From the human T2T-CHM13v2.0 reference genome, Homo sapiens, in the NCBI RefSeq assembly GCF_009914755.1, contig NC_060945.1: DNA of 64,000 bases. The stretch is one strand, 5' to 3'. The notes beneath the pieces were generated by a model. The model saw only the letters and a program-made list of their open reading frames with translations. It was not told the DNA's origin and ran no database searches. Position 1 is the stretch's first letter, and every line of letters begins with the position of its first letter. The position numbers and the translations under genes were made by a program. Shown one piece after another: positions 15,529 through 32,454 of the stretch.

Positions 15529-16905
15529 TAGATAACAGTTCCCTATACTTTTATATTTTTGTTGAGGTTAAAAAAAAGACCTCCCTCCTTTTGATATATG
15601 ATTCCTGCATATTTCACTCAAATAAATAAATAATTGCCCTCACAACTTTTGGCCAAAATACAAATCCTCCAGGCTTAACATTTGTTATTTCTTGAGCTAT
15701 AATAATGTATCTAAGAATAACAAGGTGTCCTGATTGTCTAGTGAGGTTTATTTTATTATGCTAAGACAAAGATGAATTTCTTAAAATTTTAATTAAAAAC
15801 ACAGAAACCTTCATACAGGAATGGTAGGGAAAAACCCCTCTGTTATCTCTATAGAAACATATTCTCTTAAAGTAATTGCTATTACTATTGTCACAATATT
15901 CATACTTAAGACGGGTTATTCATATGATCAGAAAAACAAAAGAATTCAGTGGCTCACGAAAAGGATATTGATAAAGAGAGTTTAAGAAACATTTTTTTTT
16001 TTTAACCTGCAGGCATATAATCCGGATCACCCTCATGTCTTTAAATCTTCTGTTACTAGCAATAATTTTTCTGTGTATTAATACTACAGTCTGGTTATAT
16101 TGGCATTAGATGGCTAATCTCATTATTAAAATATATGGCAAAGAACAGAGGAAGAGATCTGTCCCAGGAGGACTAATTATACCGAATCCTATTTATTGTC
16201 ACTACTGTTTCTGAAACAGTGTTTAGCTCATAATTATGTGCTGTCTGTTTGCAACTGATGTGACATTTTTTAATTTGTACTAAACTCACCTCACAATCAC
16301 ACTGCCTTTTAAAAAATCATTCAAAATAATTTATTAAAGGATTAAGAACAGGCACCACCGAAATGGCTTAGACATCATTTACAGCAAGAGGAAAGAGAAA
16401 CATAAGATTTACATTTTAGAACATTACTCATTTTCCTCTCTGGAAACAAGAGCGTAATGTATTTCTACCTCTAGGCACAGTTCCTGCCACAATTTGGTTG
16501 CTAATAAATATTTGTTAATTAAATTAATGAGTAACTTGCAGCTAGATACAATTTCAGAAATAGGCCCAGTAGTGCAGAATATCCTTCATAGTCTTCAAGT
16601 AGAAAACAAACACCTCTCTACTCAGAATAGTGGCCTTCCCAATTTTCACCGAAATACTGACATTAATAAACCTACTTGATGTATCTATATAGTGTGCTTG
16701 GGTACTTTAGAAAGTAGTTTTAACTGGGAACTCTTCCCAGAAAATATTTAATGGACTTCATAGCGTGCACAAACTCGTCTCAAAGAGAAGATTCATTTCA
16801 TTAATTTCAAAACATCTCACATATTGTGTTCTTATAGTTTGATGTCAAATTGATGTAGGTAATATTGAAGAAAATTTAATGGCCTTTCCTGATAAAAGCT
16901 AACAC

Positions 16906-17198
16906 GTTTTTGGAGATGGAGTCTCACTCTGTCGCCCAGGCTGGAGTGCAGTGGTGCACCTCCACCTCAACTCACTGCAACCTCCACCTCCTGGGTTCAA
17001 GCAATTCTCTTGCCCCAGCCTCTTGAGTTCAGCTGGGATTACAGGCGTGCACCCTCACACCGACCTAATTTTTGTATTTTTAGTAGAGAAGGGTTTCACT
17101 ATGTTGGATAGGCTGGTCTCAAACTCCTGACCTCAGGTGATCCACCTGCCTCGGCCTCCCAAAGTGCTGGGATTACAGGCGTGAGCCACCGCCCCTGG
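16906..17198 (-). mobile_element. AluS
   Basis: Reverse Alu dimer with short tail. Confidence 0.93.
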
Positions 17199-18660
17199 TG
17201 CTAGTACATTTTTTATTGATTTCCCCATTTCTTAGACGTATTTACTTTTTCATTTTTCTTTTATACGATTTCTCAAATTTGGTGTTGCTGGGACTTGGGA
17301 AAAGTCTCATACATTTGACTAATGGCAGGATGACTCAATGCCAGTCACGTCTGAATATGTAGCTTATTACTTGACAGTTCACGTGGGAAGTGTATTAAAA
17401 TTATTAAGTCCTATTGTCCCACTCCACAGCTTTATGCTTGATCTAGAAATCTGGCATCTTATCATAATAGACACTTGTGCCCTAAACCCGTTTCTTATGG
17501 AAGGCAGTGAAGTGTCAAGAGCGTTTAAAAGCCCTGGGCATAATCCTGCCAAGAAGGAAGTAAATGACTCACTGTACGGGAATCACCCCAACCTTTCCAG
17601 GTCACAGAAAACCCTCTCCTGGAGCATTAAATTGCACCCTGGTGGTTTCCAAAACTGAACAAAGCAATTCTCTCCTGCTTTCATAAATAGGTTCAGAACT
17701 ATTATTTTCACAGTTTTACACCCTGGATTTCAAGAAATCTTGAGCATATAAAATGTAGAAAATTTCCGTGTGCAGGTTTAAAAATCACACTTTAGAGAGT
17801 TAAGTCTCTCTGTGCTTGAGATGATCTTAGTTAAACGTAATATTTGGGGAAACTGCCATGGGGACCTCTGAATCACCACCTTTATTGTCTTTAATGCCAG
17901 GAGTTGAGCTGAATTTTTAAAGTCTCCTGCAAAATTTATCCACCTTCCTTTCTTCAGAAAGGCAAACAAATGATCTTTGTAGTTTAAGGTGAGTATAAAA
18001 GGGCAAATGATAATCCCATGCCAAGGTGGACACAGAAGTCTTGAATGAAGCAATGGAGAAAATGGCAGTAGATTCTCACACTCTCCCCCTTTGGTGTTTC
18101 TTAAGTTTTAACAATATGGATCCATTAGATGGAAGGATATTGAACAACTAATCTCTATTAATCCACTTAGTTCATAAGGCCAGAGCAAAACTTTTGTTTA
18201 TGGCCAAGGAGTTATCCCAATGTTCCTTCCCAGGGTATCCGGTTTGCTGATGCGGCTCTGATTTTGTACTGAACATGACGCAGGAGCATCTAGGAGTCAT
18301 CTATCATCTGTTCTCTCCTTCCCGTGGAAGCAGATCACTTCCTCATAGGGATGTGTCACCAAAGCCTCCATGTACTTCCTCTAACAATCTTTCTCCTCTT
18401 ACGGAGGAAGACATCTTCCTACTTCACAATTTTGTCTCAACTTTCAATGAATCCTTTTGATTTTCTAATTATGGCTAACAAAAGCTAAAACAACAGAAAT
18501 TGCAGAAAGAGGAGAAAAATTAACTCCAATTTGCAGACGGAATAGGAGGAATCCCTTTATTAAATCACTTGCTCCTAGTTACAGGTTATAAAGATGGCAA
18601 ACCTGGGAAGTAAAGACAAGAGTTTATGTTATAAAAGGTAGAAAATAGGAGTGGTTTTAA

Positions 18661-19005
<345 letters not shown>

Positions 19006-22000
19006 TAGGTTTCATAAATTTTTTCCAGGGTATTTTGCTAGTTCTCAGAAATAATTTATTTTGGTTGTTCAGACCACAGTCATAAATTAGTGAAGGCAGC
19101 ATATAGAACTGAAATTTAGCACCCAACACAACCCCATGATTCATGCTTTCAGACAAACTCTAGCACAGAATGGATAAAGAGCTAAGATCTTCTGACCTGG
19201 GAATACAGAAAGGACAGAAAATGTTTGGACTTGTATGTCTTCAAGCTTTGTTTAGTCAAACAGTGAAACATGTGTACACTTAATGATGAACAGAATTAGT
19301 AATACAACCCAGAAGGCAAAGCGCACAGTGTTGCTGAAATCATAAGCAAAAGATATGTTCGACTAACTCGGACCCTTGCAGAGATTTGTCAAACGGTCTG
19401 ATCATCCGAAAAATGCCAACTGTGACATATTCTTGACTTTTTAAGAGAGATTTACAGCAATCTGCTTTAATTTTGCATATTCATACTTGGACTATGGTGG
19501 TCCTGCTTCATACATCCTCTAACTGGTTAGCCTATTCAAAGAAAAGTACATTTGCATTTCTTTTAATTTTACCCTCTCCTCTTCCCATACCTAGGCAGTG
19601 TTATGACCTATTAGAAATTCTGAGTTTTTTGTTGATATTAAAACATTTATATAAGGAAACTCAAGGTGATGATACTTAAAAGCCAAACATCACCTGGCAT
19701 CTTTAAACTGGTATCCATGGTCAACCTTCACAAAATGAATGAACCCCTTAAAGCTTATGCGAGATTGTGTTTGCGTGTGTATGCGTACATGTTTCCAGGG
19801 TGAGGATTCTTTGCTACCCATCTGTTCTCTATCAGTCATACCAGGCAGGTGAATAACTACTGGATCTTTAAATGTGCTATTTGTCTACAAAAACTAAATA
19901 TTTATATTTTCATAATACATTTTCATTCTCAAAGATAAAATGAACATATATATTAACATTAAAATACGTAGGTTTGCTGGAAGAAAGCAGAGCGTAAAAC
20001 CATACGGTGCTATGGGTTTTAATAGCATCCTGTGAAGACCTATTTGCATTCTGAAGGCAGTGACTGAGCAGTGCTCCACTGTGGAGGGAATCTGGGTGAT
20101 GAATATGGCCTCAGTGGCAAAAGACAGCTTTTAAGCTAATGCCTTCCCAACATACTTCTTAATGTTCTATGTAACTTAATTAAACCCAGAAACCACTAGT
20201 ATCTCTTGTTACATACTTCCCATTTGTATGTAGCAAGATTTTATCGAACTTGGTAAACATTCAGAAGGTAGGGAAGTAATAGTACTGAGTGGCTTTACTG
20301 AAAGAGCATGTATACCATTCAGCATAGTTTATAAGATTTTGTTCACTAAATGCTAATTCTCTCATTTTCCTTCCCATTCACTATCTGTTATTGGGTTTGC
20401 CCTTAGGAGTGCCCAAGCTAATGAGTCCCCCTTTGCTCACCAATGTATACAGAACTCAACTAAAAATAAACGGATGGTGAACAAATAAATAATAAATATG
20501 TAAGTATAGAGCAATTATTTACTTTTCTGAAAGATGATCTTTTTGGCCTGGCAGTCTTTCAACTTTTAATTCCATTCTGATTAGCTTCATAAAATTTTGG
20601 TTAAATTCAAAACCTGCTGGTGGAATGCCTTAAACATTATAATATTCATCTGTCCACATACCAAGAACTCAGCAAATAATTTTTAACTTACTATCAGTTA
20701 CATTGAGGTACAGATGTCCCATATTTGCTTTGGAGATATATGCTATATACATATATTTTATAAGATAATTTCTTTTGCAACGAAAAGTGATGGGTAGAAA
20801 TAATTGGTTTGTTGGGTGAAGGGCAATTAGCGGTATCATATAAAAGCTCAAGTTTAGTACCACAATTTCTTTTTTGCTTTAGAAAAGAAAGGTACACCAA
20901 CACCCACATTGGTTAAAGTTTGGTTTAGTTGTAATCCACATCATATAGTGGCGAAAAATTTATTTATGAGGTGGTTTAAACCTTCTCATGCCATCACCTG
21001 TTTACCTGTGACAAACCTCCCATTAATGTCTACCCTTGTTATCTCCAATGACGGCTGTTTCTTGTTGAACATTTATTGCTCTTCTGCTGGAATTTACCAA
21101 ATAGCCTTGAGCAAAATCTCAACTTAGTGATGAAACCGTGCTCTTTAATGAAGAGTCTCACAGAATTCATGTTCTATCAAAGAATTATGTGAAGAAGTTT
21201 CCAGAGATCTCAGCAAAATTTAACATGTGGCTGAACCATTCAAAAATGAGAAACCAAAGAAGGATGCCGATGCTATAGAAACTGCCAACATTTTTTTTTT
21301 GCTCAATTAAACTGATAGCCTGAATGTGAAGCAGCAGATAGAAGCATGAAATGAATTTCAGTATGGATAAGATGGTTTCAATCGTTAAGACACTGAAAAA
21401 ATCCAAACAACACAACTGGGATAGATAAACAGATGTACAGGAAAATGTTTCCTAATTCTCACTTCCCTTTAGAAAATGCAGTTGTTGAAGTCAGAATAAT
21501 AATCATGATAACTGTCTGATGAAAGATTTAGACTAAGTATCTGTAAAAACACCAAAAATCTCAGAATTACAAAGAAAGCTTTGGCTGTGTATCCCTTATC
21601 TTTAAAACAGTTCAAGTCTTACAAATTAGGGGGTGCTAAGGTTTTCCAAACCTAGGCCTACAATAGAAAGTTGATTGAAATAAAAAATCCCTATCTGGCC
21701 TTTGGTTTAACTGTACAGGATCACATTAAGTCTAATTTCTCTTCAACAGTCAGGACATATCATCATCTTCTGTCTATGAAGGATAAGCAGAACGCTGAGA
21801 GTTACAAGGGGAAAGGCTCAGACAGCATTTAGTTCCTGTTTCATGAAGCTATGAATAGTTTGAGTACGAGCCCTGACAAAGTAAAAAGCAGGAAGTGCAT
21901 GACTGTAGAGGGCAGGTTAAGAAATGATGAATGCTTAGCTTTAAGTATTTAATCTGGTAGCTTGCAGGCCTCCAAAGGTGGTAGAAGTTAACCTCCTGTG

Positions 22001-22234
22001 CTGCAGTTCTGGAGAGGCATTTAATTCTTCCAGGGGGAAAAAGTGCTAACTCCTTGATTTTCCAAAGAAAGTCTAAGGAAAGTAAAAAGGTGAAGGGGTT
22101 GGTGTTTAGAAGAGTCACTAGCCTTCAACAGAGTAAGAGTTTTTTCTGAGTGCAAAGACACAGCTCTGCTCAACTTTTTTTTCCCATGGGGAAAACAACT
22201 ATTTTAATAATTGTAATATTTCAAGTATTTATCT

Positions 22235-22547
22235 CATTTTTTAACTTTTAATTTTGGAACAGCGTCTTGCTTTGTCATCCAGGCTGGAGTGCAGTGGCAC
22301 CATCACAGCTCACTGCAGCCTTGACTTCCTGGTTCACACTCACACCTCAGCCTCCAGAGTAGCTGCGACTACAGGCGCGCACCATCATGCCTGGCTAATT
22401 AAAAAAATCTTTTTTTTTTTTTTTTTTTGTAGAGATAGGGCCTTTCTATGTTGCCTAGGGTGGTCTCAAATTCCTGGGCTCAAGGGATCCTCCCACCTCA
22501 GCCTCCCAAAATGCTGGGATTACAGCTGTGAGCCACCACATCTAGCC
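22235..22547 (-). mobile_element. AluJ
   Basis: cactgcagccttgacttcct; TSD aagtatttat at 22223-22232 and 22550-22559. Confidence 0.9.
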
Positions 22548-23161
22548 TAAAGTATTTATTTTAAATACATGTGCCTATATATGTATGACTCTAAATATGA
22601 GTCAAACAATGCATTTTTAGGTTGACCATTCAGTGTATTTGCCTATAGGTACATAACTAAATCAGAAATTTGAAACATACAGTATACTCAGACACAGGGA
22701 CTCAGGAAATGAAATTCATTAGTAGAACAAGGAATTCTAGCTGCACAAAAACAACATCTCATAACACTTCCACGTTTAGGTTTAAAAACTGAGTAAAAGT
22801 ATGATTTAAATCTGAGCTTCAAAGAAACTGAAAACAATCCACATTGTTTTGGAATCCCGTGTTTGCAAAGTCTGAGAATATACGGTAGAATTTGTTAAGG
22901 GTTAGACAGGTAATTATTCTAAGTGGTAACATCTACAGAATCTATGGAAACGACACTTTTGATTTACTTATATTCAAATACCATTTACTGAATACAGTTG
23001 TCTGCATTTTCCAGGCACGGTGGTTAAGTATGAGGGAGATCTCAGAAATATTTATGTATGACTCCTATTACAAGATGTGATCTTTTTCAGACAACCACCA
23101 GTAAGCTCTGGATTTATGTCTTCAAGAGGAAGGTATAAAAGTCCTCAAGAAGGCATTTAAT

Positions 23162-23587
<426 letters not shown>

Positions 23588-23644
23588 CTAGACTCCAGGC
23601 CTGTGACCACCCAGCCACATTTTATTACAAAGGAAAGATTTAAA

Positions 23645-24164
<520 letters not shown>

Positions 24165-25138
24165 CCGAGTTAAGAATTTAACAGGAATCCTTAGATCAAT
24201 CAACAACAGTGATCTGATTTTTGACAGTAAAATATTTCTTCCTAATCCAGTTTTTAATTTTTTTTTCAAATGAACATGTTGCCTAATTCCATATGAAGCA
24301 ATGCGGAGGCCCACAATAAGCACGATTACAACCACTCTAAAATTATCCCCTTTGATAAAAGATGACACTTCGGCAAACATTCTTGCCACTGCCTTTCCTG
24401 TGATGGCTGATGAGACTAAACTGAGAGTTTAAATGTACATTTGTTAAAGCCTCCATTCAGCCCTCAGCTTATTTTTAGTCCCATCAATGTCCATTTAGCA
24501 AAGATCTTACTTTAGAGATTGGACTTTCAGCTGGAACGCTTCACAAGTTTCTGCTATAAAGATTCTGGTCTCAGCACCCACCAGCCTATCCTTCTCTGGC
24601 AAATGATCACACGGCTCCTCTCCTGAAAGCGTGTTCTCCAAAAAAGAGAGGAACCAAGGAACTTTTGTTCTGCAGAGATATAAAAAAAAATTTCCTGACA
24701 AGTGCCTTGCTAAGATAGAGAATTTTGGCAAATAGAAAATGAAAACGCTAATATGAATATTCTTTTTCAAAAGCTCTTTGTTTAGAGAGGAAGCTCGTTC
24801 TAGTGAGAAGGCACCACAGTGACTCGCGGCTCTACCCTCTCCCTTCCCAGCAGTGTCACCCTGAACCAGCCGCTCCATCTCCCGAGGTTGCAGTGATATC
24901 ATCGGTAGAACAGGGTAAATAGTATCTTACGTCTTGGAAGAATGCCACGAGCTCTTTAACGGCTCCTCATGGCTTTCTGTGCACTGTAACTTTATCCATA
25001 GAAAGAAAAATCAAAATGGTGAGGAAAATCGGTGCAAATGGGTGACTTTCTGGTTAAGTTGCATAAAATGCACAAACAATTCCAGCCAAGATTGAGTGAG
25101 AAGAACTGGATTTACCCTCCTGCCTGAACCACCAATAA

Positions 25139-25462
<324 letters not shown>

Positions 25463-26661
25463 ATAAACAACATTTCTGCAAGACATTAGACATCAGGTGA
25501 AGGACACTGATTCCTGAAAAGGGGAAACAAATGAGGACTTACAGCTGCCAAACTCATGGCCCTGAATTTCCAGGTCATGGTTTCAGGTGGGGAAACCCAC
25601 ACAGAGCCTAGAGGACTCGTGGAGTGGAGGACATGAAGTGTGTGGAGAGATCAAGGTAGTTGTAATTCACAGGACAGGGTATTGGTGAGGAGAGAGTTGC
25701 TCCAAAAGAGAATCCAGAGATGTGCAGAGTGATCCCTGAGAATATAGCTGAGTAATGATGGGTACATGCATGTGAAAGAAACTGAAGCCAGGGGGAAAAT
25801 CACCAAAAAGAATTAGCATTAACAGTGCTTGGTGTTCACACAGGGACAGGAATAATGCCTCTTCCCACGAGTCAGGTGAGAAAACTTAACATTCATGGTA
25901 GATGACTGAGAAGGGTCTTGCCTCACTAGTAAGGAATAACTAGTCCTAGGCTGATAACTGCTTCTATCCCACCTAACAAATCTAAAAATGCAAAGCTCAA
26001 AAGGATCAAACTGTTTCCAAGTAACTCAACTATGTGACAGAAAAAAGCTCAAGAATATTACAAAAACACCTAGCATTCAACAGGTTTAAATTCAGCGTCC
26101 GACATTTAATAAAAAATTATGAGGCATAAAATGATACAGGGAAATGCCACATGTAATAATAAGCAATCAAAATTGATTCAAAGTTGACAGAGATGTTAGA
26201 ATTAGCAAACATGGATATTTAAACAGTTTTCATATAATAACTGTATTCCATAGGTTCAAAAGTTAAGATACAGACGATATTATGGGTGTTGGGGGTAGCC
26301 CAGGTTAAATTTCTATATACAACAACTACAGTATGTGAGGTGATAAGATGAAAAACGGCCAGATGGAATTAAGGGCAGACTGAATGATACCATGGCATAT
26401 CAAAATTAAATTGTTAAAAACCAGTGATATAGAGAAAACTGTAAAAACAGAAAAAAAAGACATGTTATTTTTAGAGAAATAAAGATAAAGATATCAACAC
26501 AAATAAGACAGCAGAGTATCATCTTTCAAGCAGTGAAAGAAAAACCTCAATCCAGTATTTTATACCCAGCAAAAATATTTTTCAAAACCAAAGGTATAAA
26601 AAAGACATTTTTAGTCAAAGCCAAACAAAAGATTTCATCACCAACTTATGTGCACTCAAAC

Positions 26662-26820
26662 TTTTTTTTTTAAAGAGACAGGATGCCCTTTGTCACCCAG
26701 ATGGGAGTACAGTCATGCAATCACAGCTCACTGCAGTCTCGAACTCCTGGGTTCAAGTGATCTTCCTATCTCAACCTCCTGAGTTGCTGGGATTGCAGGT
26801 ACAAGCCACCAAGCCCAGTC
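26662..26820 (-). mobile_element. Alu monomer (FRAM/FAM-like)
   Basis: Single-arm Alu-like sequence with T tail. Confidence 0.8.
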
Positions 26821-27150
26821 TCTAAGACATTTTAAAGGAAATCTCTCAGGCAGAAGGAAAATGATACCAGCTGGATCTGCGCAAAGAGTTTACAGCACCC
26901 AAAATGATGACTTCATGGGTAAACATGTTGTTTTTTTTTTAAATTTACAACTCATTAAAAAATAACTGTTTAAAGAAAAACATCAACAATGTAGTAAGGA
27001 AAAAGTATGACAACAACCGCTTACAGAGAGAGAGAGAGATGAAAAATGGAAGTACTTTTGTAAAGTACTGTCTGTGGAGTGGTATAATATCATTTGAACT
27101 GACATAACATCATCGTGACAAGTTTAGAATGTTTTCTATAAGCCTAAAGC

Positions 27151-27252
27151 AACCAGTAAAATAACAAACTAGTTATAACTTATAAACCCACAAAGGAGAT
27201 AAACCAGTAAAATAACAAACTAGTTGTAACTTACAAACCAACAAAAGAGATA
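27151..27252 (+). repeat. 51-bp tandem duplication
   Basis: aaccagtaaaataacaaactagtt... twice, 4 mismatches. Confidence 0.95.
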
Positions 27253-27780
27253 AAATAGAATCATAAAAAATTTCTAATTAATCCAAAAAAAAAAGAGGAA
27301 AAAAGAAGAACAAGGAACAGACTGGACAAATAGCAAACAAATATCAAGATGACAGATTCAGTGACAACCATATCCATAACCTCATTCAGTGTACATGGTC
27401 TTCCCAATCCAAAGGAAAACGCAAGACCCAATTACATGCTGCCTACAAAAAATACACTTCAAATATAAAGACAAACAAGGTCAATAAGAGTATAAGGATG
27501 GAAAAATGCACCACATTAATATTAATCAAAAGAAAGCTGGAATAGCTTTATTAATATTAAAGTAGATTTTGGAGCAAAACATTACAAAGGATAAAAAGAT
27601 CATTTCATAAGAAGAGGCTCAAGGAGGGCCTAACAGCCTGGAACATTTACACGCCTAAAAACACAGCCTCAAACTATACAAAATAAAAACTGATAGCACT
27701 GTTTAGAAAAATGGCCCGGTCCACAATCACAGGCAGAGCTTTCAATATCCCTTGCTCAATGACAAACAGAAAGAACAAAT

Positions 27781-28084
27781 GGCTGGGCATGGTGGTTCAC
27801 GCCTGTAATCCCAGCACTGTGGGAGGCCGAGGTGGGTGGATCACCTGAGGTCAGGAGTTCGAGATCAGCCTGGCCAACATGTTGAAACCCTGTCTCTACT
27901 AAAATACAAAAATTAGCTGGGTGTCGTGGCTCACCTGTAATCCTAGGTACTTGGGAGGCTGAGGCATGAGAATTGCTTAAACCCAGGAGACAGAAGTTGC
28001 AGTGAGCTGAGATTGCACCACTGCACTCCAGCCTGGGTGACAGAGTGAGACTCCATCTCATTTAAAAAAAAAAAAAAAAAAAAA
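27781..28084 (+). mobile_element. AluS
   Basis: Full dimer; aaagaacaa at both flanks. Confidence 0.95.
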
Positions 28085-28436
28085 GAACAAGTGGACATAA
28101 GTTACACACTCATGCTCAGAAAGTTCCTTCCATTCCAAGTAAGCTCTCCCACAGAATGCCGGTGAACACATCTATGCCTGTACCACTCAACATGCCTTTT
28201 TGGGGCAATGATCACTGAAAACCATGAATAAGTCTCATCATTGCTAATGTCATGACTGACAAATGCTTCCCCACAGAGAATATGGCCACTGCTCTGAGAT
28301 GGAAATTTGAGTTCTAATTCTTTCTGGTCCACTAAAAATTCTTACAACTCAGCCAAATCTCAACTTTCCTTGACCTTAGTTATATTATTATACTTACATG
28401 ATGAGGGGGCTGGGCAAGGTTACTTCTAAAATCCTT

Positions 28437-28850
28437 TGCCATGGTCTGAATGTTTGTGTCTCTCCCACCCCCAATTCATATGTTGAAACCTAAGCCACAG
28501 TGTGATGCTATTTGAGGGTGAAAGCTTTGGGAGACAATTAGGCATGAGGGCAGAGCCTTCAAGATTGACATTAGTACCCTTATAAAAGAGGGCCCAGAGA
28601 GCTCTCTTGCCCATTCCACCATATGAGGATACAGCAAAATACAAACAAAAACAAAAATAAAATAAATAAAAGATAAACAAAATTTAAGTTCTATGAACCA
28701 GGAAGCAAACTTTCACCAGACAACCAAGTATGCTGATGTCTTGATCTTGGACTTCTCAGCCTCTGCAACTGTGAGAAATAAACTTCTGTTGCTGATAAGG
28801 TACCCAGTCTATGGTATTCTGTTACAGCAGCCTGAAGGGACTGGAAGACA
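28437..28850 (+). mobile_element. MaLR solo LTR, MLT1A-like
   Basis: tgccatggtctgaatg...aagaca; 5-bp TSD tcctt; gatcttggacttctcagcctc...gagaaataaa. Confidence 0.88.
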
Positions 28851-29099
28851 TCCTTCCAGCTTTTGTGTTCGAACTTGAACTATGCCATCAATTGTCACCA
28901 CCTCAGGAATATTAAATCAAGTCAGGGCTTGCAATGTGAGTCCCTGGGAGTCCTGTCTGGCTGCTCTGTGGGGAAGTGTGAGTACCTGCTGTGTAGAGAT
29001 GACCTTGTGGAGGTAGCTGCCCTGTGACCCTTTGACCTTCAAGATGGAATGGACAGGGGTTGAACCTCTGAATAACAGTGCTCAAGGCATTTCTCCTCA

Positions 29100-29354
<255 letters not shown>

Positions 29355-30073
29355 TCATAAACACATATGTCCATGGGGACTGAATAAGTAGGATGAAGCA
29401 GCAATTTCAAGTCTTCTAAAAAAGACATCCTATTCCATTTTCTTCTAGTGCTAAAAAGTATCCTAAAGACTGCATAGTCATTCCAACATTGACTAATTCT
29501 ACGTTTTATAGCTTACTTCACTTTCTTGCACTCTCCAACCCTCATCAAACCTACTTTCTCATTGAAAATCAGTATTTCATAGGCTCTCTGAAGGCTGATT
29601 TGACTAATAACTTTGGATAAATATATGCACTCTTGAAACTCTTATATTACATATTAAAAAAAAATCCCTCTCTTACTAACAGTACCTCAAGTAATTGACC
29701 ATAATAAACTGTTGGTTTACTTAAGGTAATTTTGAGACTGGTTTCCATCAAAAATTCAAATTCTCATAATTTTTGCTGGAGGGAGAAGCAGCAGAAGATT
29801 GTGGTGACTGAAAAGATGTATTATTAATAAAAAGTAGATTGCAAGTTACAATGTGAGTTTTATGGCAATGAATTATAACTTGAAATAATTGGGAGCAAAT
29901 ATAAGGCAGGATTTAAACAACTCAATTACTAGACAATGATTAAGAACAGCTGAAGTTCATGGGACTATGAACAATCACACGTGAGGTGCTGGCAGATAAA
30001 GGTAAACCTGCAGACACTCATTAAAAAGACTGCTGGCATGTGATGTTTGGTAGGAAATGGGTTCAGGTTTTAC

Positions 30074-30148
30074 CTGGATAACTGCCTTCTTATCAGCTTT
30101 AGGCAAGTTCTTTGCTTGACGTTCTGCCTCTTCCCATTCTCTCATGAC
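30074..30148 (-). CDS. APP: APP exon 10 (75 nt)
   Basis: VMREWEEAERQAKNLPKADKKAVIQ; acceptor tttatag|, donor CAG|GTAAAA. Confidence 0.98.
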
Positions 30149-30849
30149 CTATAAATTAAGGAAACATTTGAATTTAAAATCATCAGTTCATCCTTTGAAT
30201 ACAGACTTAATAGGATGGATGATTATGTTTTTCCTCTATTTTTGTCATTTTAGATATTTAAAAAATTTATTACATACCCCTTCCTATCTGAAGAATATTT
30301 GACCTCCCACTAGGATATAAATAATTAATCACAGCAGTATATTAAACATAAATGTTCATATTTATTGCAGGAATATAGCTTTTTGAGTCAAGGTTGGTCT
30401 TTTTTTACCCCGAGAACTGACAGTCATTTGATTTGATGTGAACAAATACCAACTATTCATGGAAGGCACACATTAACTGAACAAGGTCTTCCAATATTAA
30501 ACTGAACACCTAAGTTTTACTCTCTTATGAAAGCAACTGAAACCATTTTAAACTGTATATTTTGACTTTAAAGAAAATATGACATTTTATGTGTGTGTGT
30601 GTCATGAATACAATGCCAAAAAGCAGTACATAATGGGGGAAGAAAAAGAAGACTTCTGCTGTCTAATATCCTAAGACCTATCCCCCTTTAAAGAACTGAT
30701 GGGGAATTAAGGCCCTTTGAGCTTGCCAACCTAAGTCATGAACAGCAAGGATTACGCTAAGTCCTTCCAAAAACTCCAAGAAAACATGTAATATTCTGAA
30801 TGCAGCAAACATGTATTTTTTTACAAGTAGCACTAATTTAGTAACCAAC

Positions 30850-31217
30850 TGCTATGGTTTGAATGTAACCCCTAAAAAGCATGTGTTGGAAACTTAATCC
30901 CCAGTGCAACAATGTTGAGGGGTAAGTCCTGTAAGAGGTGATTCAGTCTCTGTCCTCATGAGTAAATTAGTATCATTATGGGGGGAGTGGGTTTGTTATT
31001 GTGAGAAGTGGGTTGTTATAAAACTCAGTTTTGCCCTCCTCTTGCCCTTCTTCCTTCCACCATATATGATACAGCAAGGAAGTCCTCAACAGATGCCAGC
31101 ACCATGTTCTTGGACTTCCCCACCTGCAAAACTGAGAGCCGAATTTTAAACTTCTTTTTCTTTACAGATTATCCAGGCTGGGGTATTCTATTATAGCAAC
31201 ACAAACTGACTAAGATA
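30850..31217 (+). mobile_element. MaLR solo LTR, MST-like
   Basis: tgctatggtttgaatg...ctgactaagata. Confidence 0.82.
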
Positions 31218-32454
31218 TCAGGTGAATGTGTTTTGTAGGAAATCAATGCTTCCTGCTCTCAACTTTGATGTTCACCTGGATTTCCCTGAGAGAAGTTCAC
31301 TCATTAACCTGATACAAAAAGTAAAAGTCTGCACCTCTGTATGTTGTTCAAAGAAAATATTAACTTCCTACCACCTACAGCTGCCTTTTCAAGTGTATGA
31401 CAAGTAGAATTTGTTTGAAGTGCAACTCTGAACTAGGTAAAATGAAGAAAGATCAAGGAAACAAAATATTGGTTTGGTGCCAGATGTGTACTTGCATACT
31501 CTGTGTACTCCCAAAGCATGAGAAAACTTGATTACTGTATTATAAGAGCCTGTTTTTTGTAGGTACTTAGCCTTAAGGAATAGACTCTTCTAACATACTT
31601 CAAGATGGGAAAGAAAAAGAGGCTTGGAATAAATAACTATAGATAGAAGACTTCTATGAGACAATACTATATCAAATCACCATGTGGGTTCCTAATTACA
31701 GATTTTATTGTCCATTGGCATTCATTCTTTGTATATGATAGGCAATTAGCTTCTTCTTGTTGTTTTTGTAAAACCATGGAGGAAACAAGATGGAATAAAT
31801 ATTTCATTACACTTGAAAAGCATATCAAAAATAATCTCAAGGTTCACAGCAAAATTGGGACAAATGCCCTGCTGCAATGAACAAGAATAGAACATGGAAG
31901 AAAAGAAACATATTGTCCCATCTGCTTTGGTGCTTCTACCAAGTTAATAAAGGGAACCTGTGGGCAAGGGGGAAATGGAAGACCATCTTTGCTTTATAGA
32001 TGAGATAAGCCTTGCAATATAAATATTTCAATTTCCTGCTTTGGGAATGTTCACAGTGGTGGTACTCTACCAACAATTCTTCAAGCAAGGAATCTCAAAA
32101 TTAGTTTGAGATAGAAGTTCAATGTTCTACTGCAATGTGAGAACTGATTTCCCATATTACATTTACATTTTTTCCATTTTACCTCATACACTTTAAGAAA
32201 CTGGACTTTAAGCTTTAAGCTGGGGGAATCCATGAAATAATTAAAGAGATTTATTTAGCTAATGAGTTGCAAATAAGCATTACTATAGAAATTAACTCAC
32301 ATTTTGATTTTCAGAACAATTTAACAATATCCTATACCCCCACAAATAAACAAATCACCTGCACCATCCCACTAAGACTCTACTGCAAATGAATACACAC
32401 TATATGTAGGCTGACCATCTCCCTGTGAACAGTGAATTTCACTGTGGGACTGAT

